Origin: an uncultured Deinococcales bacterium
GTDB lineage: Bacteria; Deinococcota; Deinococci; Deinococcales; JAAFIG01
DNA length: 15,447 nt
Assembly (NCBI GenBank): GCA_964247135.1
Contig: CAXTTL010000115.1
Span: 1 to 15,447 of the forward strand
Reading direction: 5' to 3'
Shown piece by piece: positions 8,629 to 15,447 of this stretch. The notes beneath the pieces were generated by a model. The model had not been told where the DNA came from, searched no databases, and saw only the letters and a program-made list of their open reading frames with translations. How positions within the stretch are numbered: the stretch's first letter is position 1; every line of letters begins with the position of its first letter. The translations under genes and the position numbers were made by a program.

Positions 8629-10017
8629 ATGAACAAGAAGTATTTCAAACCCGCCGCGTTGCTCGCACTTGCCATCATGAGCGCACCAGCCTTGGCTGCC
8701 GATGCGCCAAAGATTGACACCGGTGACACCGCCTGGATGTTGGCATCCTCGGCGCTGGTGATGCTGATGACCCCAGGTTTGGCATTCTTTTACGGTGGTT
8801 TGATTCGCGCCAAAAACTCGCTCAACACCATGATGATGAGCTATATTGCGCTCGGTTTAATTTCGGTCCTTTGGGCGCTGATCGGTTACAGCCTGGCATT
8901 CGCTCCTGGCTCCGGCATTCTGGGCGGTTTTGGCTTCGCATTCTTAAATGGTGTCGGACAAACCGACGTTTATCCAACAGCGCCAACCATTCCGCACCTT
9001 GCATTCATGATTTTCCAGGCGATGTTTGCGATCATCACGCCAGCCCTGATTTCGGGCGCGATTGCAGAACGCATGAAATTTATTTCTTATGTTTTGTTTA
9101 TTGGACTGTGGTCGCTCGTGGTGTATTCGCCGCTCGCCCACATGGTCTGGTCGCCAGATGGCTTCTTGTTCAAAATGGGCGCCCTGGATTTTGCGGGTGG
9201 TACGGTCGTTCACATCTCCGCCGGTGTCGCCGCGCTGGTTGCCGCGATCATCCTTGGACCACGACGCGGCTTTGGCAAAACAGCTTTCGCGCCGCACAAC
9301 GTGCCTTTTGTTCTATTGGGCGCGGGTTTGCTGTGGTTCGGTTGGTTCGGCTTTAATGCCGGTTCGGCAGTCGGTTCAAACGGTCTTGCCGCCAGCGCCT
9401 TCGTCACCACCAACATGGGCGCCGCCGCCGCAATGCTGATGTGGAGCCTGCTCGAGATTTTCCGTCACGGCAAACCGACCGCAGTTGGTGCGGCGACCGG
9501 TGCGGTGGTCGGACTTGTGGCAATTACCCCAGCGGCTGGTTTTGTCAGCCCGATGGCAGCGTTGGCAGTGGGCGCCATTGGTTCAATCGTTAGCTTTAGC
9601 GCCATCCAAGCCAAAACCCGCTTTAACCTCGACGATTCACTTGATGTCTTCTGGTGCCACGGCTTGGGCGGTATCACCGGCGCGTTGTTGACCGGCGTGT
9701 TTGCTCAAAAGAGCGTGAATTCGCTTGGCAGCGGTTTGATTGATGGCAACCCTGGTCAACTTGGAACGCAAGCCTTGGCAGTCCTCACCGCCATCGTGTT
9801 GTCCGGCGTCGGTACGGCAGTCATCATTTACGCCATCAAAGCCGTGATGGGCTTACGACCAAGCAACAAAGACGAAGAAACCGGACTCGACCTCGCCGAC
9901 CACGGCGAAGCCGCCTACCACGGTGGCGAGTACGGATCAACCTCCGGTGCGGGTCCAATCGGCTCGAGCGTGACCTTGAGCGTTCCAGTCAATGCCAAAG
10001 CGGTCGCGGGCGATTAA
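8629..10017 (+). CDS. amtB: Ammonium transporter, 462 aa
   Basis: DTAWML, MTPGLAFFYGG, FQAMFAIITPALISGA, DFAGGTVVH, LLWFGWFGFNAGS, DDSLDVF.CHG. Start at ATG 8629 after GGGGAGG, with a signal-peptide-like N-terminus. Confidence 0.97.
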   Translation: MNKKYFKPAALLALAIMSAPALAADAPKIDTGDTAWMLASSALVMLMTPGLAFFYGGLIRAKNSLNTMMMSYIALGLISVLWALIGYSLAFAPGSGILGGFGFAFLNGVGQTDVYPTAPTIPHLAFMIFQAMFAIITPALISGAIAERMKFISYVLFIGLWSLVVYSPLAHMVWSPDGFLFKMGALDFAGGTVVHISAGVAALVAAIILGPRRGFGKTAFAPHNVPFVLLGAGLLWFGWFGFNAGSAVGSNGLAASAFVTTNMGAAAAMLMWSLLEIFRHGKPTAVGAATGAVVGLVAITPAAGFVSPMAALAVGAIGSIVSFSAIQAKTRFNLDDSLDVFWCHGLGGITGALLTGVFAQKSVNSLGSGLIDGNPGQLGTQALAVLTAIVLSGVGTAVIIYAIKAVMGLRPSNKDEETGLDLADHGEAAYHGGEYGSTSGAGPIGSSVTLSVPVNAKAVAGD

Positions 10018-10031
10018 CGCGAAATCAAAAC

Positions 10032-10060
10032 AAAAGAGGCGGCAATTGCCGCCTCTTTTT
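10032..10060. terminator. Bidirectional intrinsic terminator between amt and comB
   Basis: Perfect palindrome AAAAGAGGCGGCAATTGCCGCCTCTTTT between convergent genes. Confidence 0.92.
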
Positions 10061-10075
10061 ATTGTCGCTCGAGTT

Positions 10076-10801
10076 TCACGGTCTAAAAATCAATGCGCCA
10101 CCGACCCGACCTTGAAAACTTGGCACGATGGTGGATTGCGAAACCTGAGCACAATACGCCACATCGGACTCAAGACCGATTTCCTCGAGCCTCGCGGCGG
10201 CATGAGAACGTGACAGAGGCTCAAGTGGATCGGCAAATTGACGGCGCACGGTCAGGGCAATTTGTGCCCCGTCGTCGAGTTGCGCGTCGGTCATGGCGAG
10301 CAGGTACTCACACAAAACTCCAGCCGTGTAGACATCGTCCAGTCCAACCCGTCCGCCGCCACCCGCACAAAGTATTGCAATCTCTTCGCTCGAGACTTCC
10401 TTGGCGCGTCTTGCCGCCGCGTGGGCGTTTCGTAGACAAGCCAGAATCACATTTTTACCCGTTTCGCAAGCGTTGACAGCCGCCAGCGTGCCATTGGTCG
10501 TGGTCATGACAATGGTTTTGCCATCAAAGCGTTGCTCGAGCACTTCAAACGGACTGTTGCCGAGGTCAAAACCTTCTGGTTTTAAGCCGCGACGTTCACC
10601 AGCCAGCACCACACCATCACCTTTGAACGCCAATGCCGTCTCGAGGTCGGAGGTCAAATACAAACTCTCAGCGCCGCGCTCCAGAAAAGACAGTGCGGTG
10701 GTGGTGGCTCGAATCACATCGACCACCAAAACCGTATCGGCAAAGGCTTGATGGCTGGGGTCGCTCGAGCCGCGCGGTAACAAATCAACGCGCAACTTCA
10801 T
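10076..10801 (-). CDS. comB: 2-phosphosulfolactate phosphatase family protein
   Basis: [43 protein letters not shown] overlap with rpe. Confidence 0.92.
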   Translation of the reverse strand: MKLRVDLLPRGSSDPSHQAFADTVLVVDVIRATTTALSFLERGAESLYLTSDLETALAFKGDGVVLAGERRGLKPEGFDLGNSPFEVLEQRFDGKTIVMTTTNGTLAAVNACETGKNVILACLRNAHAAARRAKEVSSEEIAILCAGGGGRVGLDDVYTAGVLCEYLLAMTDAQLDDGAQIALTVRRQFADPLEPLSRSHAAARLEEIGLESDVAYCAQVSQSTIVPSFQGRVGGALIFRP

Positions 10802-11505
10802 GCGTTTCCATCAGAGAGTTTGGAGAGTTGATTGCGGAACAAATTGACGTTGTGGGCAATCCCCGCGCTGTTGAAAATGGCTGACCCCGCCACCAAGACG
10901 TCCGCTCCCGCCCTGGCAATAATGCTGACATTCTCGAGGTTGACCCCGCCATCGACTTCAATCAGGCAGTTTGGGTTGAGGTCATCGCGCCACGCCCGAA
11001 GTTGACGCAAACGATCCAGGGTTTGCGGGATAAACTTTTGACCGCCGAAACCAGGGTTGACGCCCATCACCAGTGCCACGTCAAGCTCAGCCAGCACGGG
11101 TTTAAAAAACTCGAGCGGCGTCCCAGGGTTGATGGTCATGCCCGCTTTTTTACCGAGGTTATGGATTTGTTGAATGGCACTGTGCGCATGAGCCGTCGCT
11201 TCGGCGTGGAAGGTGATGCTGTCCGCGCCCGTCTTGGCGAAAACCTCGAAATAGCGTTCTGGGTTTTGCACCATCAAGTGCAGGTCGATTGGCAGGGTCG
11301 TGTGTTTTCGGGTCGCTTCCAGAATCGGCAGACCGATGCTCAAGTTTGGTACGAATTGACCATCCATCACATCAAAATGAAGCCAATCGCCACCTGCGGC
11401 TTGTGCCTCACGAACCTGCGCACCCAATTCGGAAAAATCGCAAGCCAGCAAACTGGGCGCGATACGTTTTGAACGCGGGTTTCGGCTGGAGGTTTCAAGA
11501 ATCAC
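10798..11505 (-). CDS. rpe: Ribulose-phosphate 3-epimerase
   Basis: [58 protein letters not shown] lies 7 nt before the GTG start. Confidence 0.97.
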   Translation of the reverse strand: MILETSSRNPRSKRIAPSLLACDFSELGAQVREAQAAGGDWLHFDVMDGQFVPNLSIGLPILEATRKHTTLPIDLHLMVQNPERYFEVFAKTGADSITFHAEATAHAHSAIQQIHNLGKKAGMTINPGTPLEFFKPVLAELDVALVMGVNPGFGGQKFIPQTLDRLRQLRAWRDDLNPNCLIEVDGGVNLENVSIIARAGADVLVAGSAIFNSAGIAHNVNLFRNQLSKLSDGNA

Positions 11506-11555
11506 AGCTAGCAGTCTAACAAAGTTCTGGAGGCTAAAACCCAGAATTTAGGCAA

Positions 11556-11583
11556 CAAAAAAAGTGAGGACAAAGCCTCACTT
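11556..11583 (-). terminator. Intrinsic terminator of rpoZ
   Basis: Stem AAGTGAGG (11562-11569) / CCTCACTT (11576-11583), then a T-run on the minus strand. Confidence 0.8.
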
Positions 11584-11603
11584 CAAGATTCAAAACTCGA
11601 GCT

Positions 11604-11918
11604 TCAATCGCCGTCGAAATCGGGCATGGTGTAACTCTGCGCCGCTTGCTGCTGCGCCAGTTCGTGTTGTTGCTGCTTGGAGCGCACCAAGAAATGCTCG
11701 AGCTTATGGTCATCGACCAAGTTGTTGCCCATCTCGAGGTGTCCGCTGGCGAGTTCGCGCATCGCCACGGTCACCAGGTTGCGGGTGGCGCGTTGCTCGG
11801 GTGGAATCACCGGCACGACGCCAGCCTTTAATTGGATGGCACGTTTGGCAACCGCAACCGAAAGTTGGTACTTCGAGTCGGTCATGGCAAGCAATTTGTC
11901 AATGTGTTTTTCACTCAT
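11604..11918 (-). CDS. rpoZ: RNA polymerase omega subunit, 104 aa
   Basis: IDKLLAMTDSKYQLSVAVAKRAIQL...NLVTVAMRELA, Deinococcus/Thermus type; downstream of gmk; TAGACT (11926-11931) 7 nt before ATG 11918. Confidence 0.95.
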   Translation of the reverse strand: MSEKHIDKLLAMTDSKYQLSVAVAKRAIQLKAGVVPVIPPEQRATRNLVTVAMRELASGHLEMGNNLVDDHKLEHFLVRSKQQQHELAQQQAAQSYTMPDFDGD

Positions 11919-11999
11919 CGCCATCAGTCTACCCGAAAATTTGCAAAAGAATAGTGCCAAAAACGGAATTGAACAACAAAAGCTTGTGCAGCACGAACT

Positions 12000-12680
12000 T
12001 CAATGCCCGTTGCGCCGAATTTCAGCCTCGAGCCGATCAAGTTTGACCTCGAGGTCTGGGTCTTTGGACACCGCTTGGTCAAGCCAGCTTTGTGGCGTGT
12101 GGCTCGAGCGCAACCTTTCGGCATGAATAATTGAGGTGAGTTTATCGACCGCTTCCATCAGGGTGTTGTTGACAATCACATAATCAAATTCTTTGGCAAA
12201 ACCGATGTCTTCAACGGCTCGCGCCAATCGGCGTTCAATCACGTCCAGATCGTCTGTACCGCGCAGCAACAGGCGTTGACGCAATTCTGAAAGACTTGGC
12301 GGGACAACCTGCACGAGAACGGCTTCGGGCATCAACGCTTGAACACTCAAAGCGCCAATGCGTTCAACATCGAGCATCACATCAATTCCAGCCTCAAGTT
12401 TTTCGCTGACGGCTCGGCGAGGTGTGCCGTACAAATTTCCAACAAATTCGGCGTGCTAGAGAAAGCCGCCGCCGTTGGGATCGTGCAATTCGGTTTCAAA
12501 TTCTTCACGGGTTTTGAAGTAATAATCCTGACCGCTCTGCTCGTTGGCTCGAGCGCTGCGGGTTGTCCAAGAAATGCTAAAATGCAATTTTGCGCCCTCC
12601 AAATTCAAGACATAGCGCAACATCGATCCCTTACCGACGCCACTCGCGCCAGAGAGTACAAATAATATTCCTCGCCTCAT
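12000..12680 (-). CDS. gmk: Guanylate kinase, 226 codons, with in-frame TAG at 12456-12458
   Basis: P-loop LSGASGVGKGS, SISWTTRSAR..E..GQDYYF, then GFL*HAEFVGNLYGTP in one frame, PPSLSEL..RL..RGTD, FDYVIVN. The two ORF-track fragments form one gene. Confidence 0.95.
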
Positions 12681-12787
12681 CAGGTCATCGTAACCTTTTG
12701 GGTACACTAGACGCGAATGCCCGAAGATGGTTTCTAAATGAGACTTTTATCCAAAGTGACCCATGCGCAAAGTCGTATACTTGATTC

Positions 12788-13474
12788 ATGCCTGTGATTG
12801 CCCAAAACCAACAACTCTTGCAGTACCTCAACCCCGAGGAACGCACGGCGCTCGAGCGCATCTGTCCGCCGCGCAAGTTTAAGCGTGGGCAAGCGATCTA
12901 CCGTTATCAAGACCGAGCGGACGACCTCTACATTGTGCTCGAGGGAAAAGTCAAAATCAGCGCTCCAACCCCAGACGGCGGCGAACGCATTTTGAACGTG
13001 CTCGGACCAGGCGACTTTTTTGGCGAGAGTTTTTTGACCGGACTCGAGCGGCACACCACTGACGCGGTATCGCTGACCGATCCGGTGGTTGCCAGCCCAG
13101 TGTGTTTGGACAAACTACTCGAGTTGACCCAGAAGCAACCACAGATTGCGCTGGCGCTGGCAAAAGTGCTGGCGCACCGCGTTCAAGAACTCGAGACGCA
13201 ACTCGAAGCCACCACCGCGCCAGTTACCGCAAGGGTTGGCGGGGCAATTTTGGCGTTCGGTAAACGATTTGGCGAAAACATCAACGGTAAAATTCAACTG
13301 AAACTCGATTTGACGCACGAAGAGCTGGCGGCATTCGTCGGCAGCACTCGGGTCACCGTCACAAACGCCCTGGGCGAGTTGCGCGACCTCGGCTTGGTTG
13401 AGGGGACTCGAGGTTTGTACGAAATTCAAGAGGTCCAACTCGAGAACTTTATTGAAACGCAAAATGCGATGTGA
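12788..13474 (+). CDS. CRP/FNR-family transcription regulator, 228 aa
   Basis: cNMP-binding-like domain (LYIVLEGKVKI, LGPGDFFGE) and HTH LTHEELAAFVGSTRVTVTNALGEL; TATACT (12776-12781) 6 nt before ATG. Confidence 0.95.
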   Translation: MPVIAQNQQLLQYLNPEERTALERICPPRKFKRGQAIYRYQDRADDLYIVLEGKVKISAPTPDGGERILNVLGPGDFFGESFLTGLERHTTDAVSLTDPVVASPVCLDKLLELTQKQPQIALALAKVLAHRVQELETQLEATTAPVTARVGGAILAFGKRFGENINGKIQLKLDLTHEELAAFVGSTRVTVTNALGELRDLGLVEGTRGLYEIQEVQLENFIETQNAM

Positions 13475-13541
13475 AACAAATCATCATGTGTCTTACACCA
13501 AACTCGAGATGGTCGGGTATAAAATTGCATTGGGGTGAGAC

Positions 13542-14798
13542 TTGAAATTGAAGTTTCTGATTTTTGTTTTGATTGTTCCACTGGCGTTGGGGCAAAGTGG
13601 CATAAAAGCCGTCCCCAAAGCGGTTGAAACCATAAACGCGGCTCAACCTGCGTCAAAACCTGCACTGCCGATTCAACCAGAAATCCCGAATGGGCTTCAA
13701 CCTCGAGCGCCAGGGCAGAACAACCCGCAGGCGTTGAACCGAATTCCAACCAATTCTTCGATTCCCGAAATCAAAAAAATCGAGTACGCCAGCAACGGTT
13801 TTATCGAGGTGGCTCACGCCTTAATTTTGATCCCTCAAAAAGACGACAACCGTGAACGAGAATTGGCTTTCGCTTTTGCTGCCGTTCAAAGGGCGTTCAA
13901 ACAACGTCCCGCGCTCGATGAAGTCGATTTTAGTATTTTCCTCAAAGAATCTTACGGCGGTGCTGGTGGACCGTTGCCAAAGATGACGGGTAGCATCCTC
14001 AGAACGCAACTTTCGACTTTTTTGAGACTTGAGGTGAAAAACCTTAAAAGCTTTGAACGCATCTGGCTCAATGACAACAGAAAACGACCAAAATTGCGTC
14101 AACCCACCAATGACAAACTGATGAAATTGGATTTTAACGGTGATGTGAGCGGCTTAAAAAGACAACAGACGCAACAATTGCAGGTCGAAGGTGGCATCAA
14201 TGATGGTTTGTTGTTTCACGGCAATCCAACCCAAGCCAGTATCGCCCTGACTTTTGACGATGCACCGCACCCATTGTATACGCCGTTGCTGCTCGATATT
14301 TTGCGTCGTACCCACGTCAAAGCCACTTTTTTTTGCATCGGTCGAAATGCGGTGGCATACCCATATTTTATCCGCGATATGGTGAAATCTGGGCATGAAA
14401 TTGCCAATCACACCTATCATCACGTGCGTTTGGTTGGATTGGACGCTCATGCGATCCAAGAAGAACTCGAGACGACCAACAAAATTTTAAAAGACATCAG
14501 CGGTCAGTCGATCAAATATTTTCGTCCTCCTGGCGGACGTTATTCGACCCAAACATTGCAAAGTGCTTTTGATGCCGGTCTGGTCACCGCCTTTTGGACC
14601 GATGATCCCGCCGATTTTCGCAATTCGGGTGAAAAGATTCTTGAACGAAACCTAATAAAACACCTACAATACGGCGGTATTGTTTTGTTGCACGACAATG
14701 TTCTGGACAGCATCCAAGTGCTCCCACAATTTTTAAACGCCGCGTATGAACGTGGAATTCAAGTCGAAGATATTACAGGAATGCTCGATGGAATCTAA
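13542..14798 (+). CDS. Exported polysaccharide deacetylase (NodB/CE4), 418 aa
   Basis: Signal peptide, Pro-rich linker, C-terminal CE4 motifs LTFDDAP, HEIANHTYHH, FRPPGG, IVLLHD. TTG start is uncertain. Confidence 0.92.
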   Translation: MKLKFLIFVLIVPLALGQSGIKAVPKAVETINAAQPASKPALPIQPEIPNGLQPRAPGQNNPQALNRIPTNSSIPEIKKIEYASNGFIEVAHALILIPQKDDNRERELAFAFAAVQRAFKQRPALDEVDFSIFLKESYGGAGGPLPKMTGSILRTQLSTFLRLEVKNLKSFERIWLNDNRKRPKLRQPTNDKLMKLDFNGDVSGLKRQQTQQLQVEGGINDGLLFHGNPTQASIALTFDDAPHPLYTPLLLDILRRTHVKATFFCIGRNAVAYPYFIRDMVKSGHEIANHTYHHVRLVGLDAHAIQEELETTNKILKDISGQSIKYFRPPGGRYSTQTLQSAFDAGLVTAFWTDDPADFRNSGEKILERNLIKHLQYGGIVLLHDNVLDSIQVLPQFLNAAYERGIQVEDITGMLDGI

Positions 14799-14841
14799 GT
14801 TTCTGCCACTAGCTTTATCAAGACCCGCAAAAACCAAGCCG

Positions 14842-14870
14842 TACCGTGCCAATAGAATACCGTGCCAATA
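14842..14870. repeat. 13-bp direct repeat TACCGTGCCAATA x2 with a 16-bp period
   Basis: Copies at 14842-14854 and 14858-14870, followed by CTCGAG at 14873. Confidence 0.9.
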
Positions 14871-14916
14871 AACTCGAGCTGCTCAAAGACCTGGTGTCCT
14901 TAGAAAGATTGCCTTG

Positions 14917-15447
14917 ATGCGCAAAGAAAAAAAACGAATCTCGAATCGCAGTTGGTTTTGGCGCTGCCTGGTGTTCCTCAGTTGCTTGACCGTGGCAGCC
15001 GTTGCAGGTCCACGCGAACGCTACGGCTACCGAGTCTTGGCGCAGGTGGACAGTCCGACCAACACCTATCTGCTCGGTGAGGGCGGTTGGTTGGCGGTCG
15101 AGAGCGAACTGAGCGAGGGTCCCGACGCTCGAGCGGGAACGCAAACGACCAGCGAAATGCTTGCCAAAGTCAGCCATTGGCTGAGGGTTAAAAAGATTCC
15201 CTTGGTGGTTGCCATCGTGCCCAACAAAACGCGTTTGTACCCCTATGCTTTTTTTCCAGGCGGGCATCTGGAAGAGCCGCAACGCTCTGAATACTATACC
15301 CTCTACAAAAACCTGCACGACTTGGGGGTTCAAGCCATTGACCTCTCGAGCAAAATGCGCAGCGCTTCAGAATGGAGTTCTGGATTGTACTACCGTTGGG
15401 ACTCGCACTGTAATCAAAAAGGTTCGGCATTGGCAGCCAAACTGTTC
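14917..15447 (+). CDS. AlgX/AlgJ-like SGNH polysaccharide O-acetyltransferase, 3'-truncated by window edge
   Basis: Hand translation: MRKEKKRISNRSWFWRCLVFLSCLTVAAVA...LLGEGGWL...IPLVVAIVPNKTRLYP...AIDLS...LYYRWDSHCNQKGSALAAKLF, matching the G..GWL, PxK..LYP and YY..D.H(W)...G..LAA family pattern. Absent from the ORF track because it has no stop in the window. Confidence 0.85.
   Translation, partial: MRKEKKRISNRSWFWRCLVFLSCLTVAAVAGPRERYGYRVLAQVDSPTNTYLLGEGGWLAVESELSEGPDARAGTQTTSEMLAKVSHWLRVKKIPLVVAIVPNKTRLYPYAFFPGGHLEEPQRSEYYTLYKNLHDLGVQAIDLSSKMRSASEWSSGLYYRWDSHCNQKGSALAAKLF

Larger units (their letters stand above)
1195..15350. repeat. Highly iterated palindrome CTCGAG, dispersed
   Basis: About 78 copies by hand count, first at 1195 and last at 15345, in coding and intergenic DNA; about 4 expected for a random hexamer. 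Confidence 0.95.

Noticed and set aside
11525-11546. Small inverted repeat TTCTGG...CCAGAA upstream of rpe
   Set aside because: 6-bp stem with a 10-nt loop, too weak to distinguish from chance.
13470-13485. CRP-like box TGTGA-N6-TCATC upstream of the deacetylase
   Set aside because: 8/10 match that uses the regulator's own TGA stop, and the local regulator lacks the CRP RE recognition residues; likely chance.
1311-15430. Many overlapping or antisense ORFs (e.g. 1342-1851, 3802-4410, 8145-8729, 11564-12046, 14818-15333)
   Set aside because: They shadow well-supported genes on another frame or strand and have no recognisable motifs.

Overview
Chromosomal window from a probable Deinococcota (Deinococcus/Thermus-type) bacterium, judged from RpoZ, GlnK, the gmk-rpoZ and rpe-comB order, and many leaderless promoters. 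Left part: 3' end of tRNA-Gly(GCC), a very AT-rich orphan membrane-protein gene, a VapBC-like toxin-antitoxin pair, a lipoprotein, a sulfotransferase-like gene and two hypotheticals. Remainder: pyrF, an exported WD40 protein, divergent glnK/amt, comB-like, rpe, rpoZ, gmk, a CRP/FNR regulator, a NodB-type deacetylase and a truncated AlgX/AlgJ-like O-acetyltransferase missing from the ORF track. Two signals stand out. (1) The palindrome CTCGAG is highly iterated: about 78 copies by hand count versus about 4 expected, and none in the AT-rich islet. (2) Both gmk and the vapC-like toxin are split by one in-frame TAG, each in a CTC-TAG context one base from CTC-GAG; this is either a G>T artefact/mutation or amber read-through. 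No CRISPR, integrase or transposase was seen, and I cannot claim a complete novel system from sequence alone.
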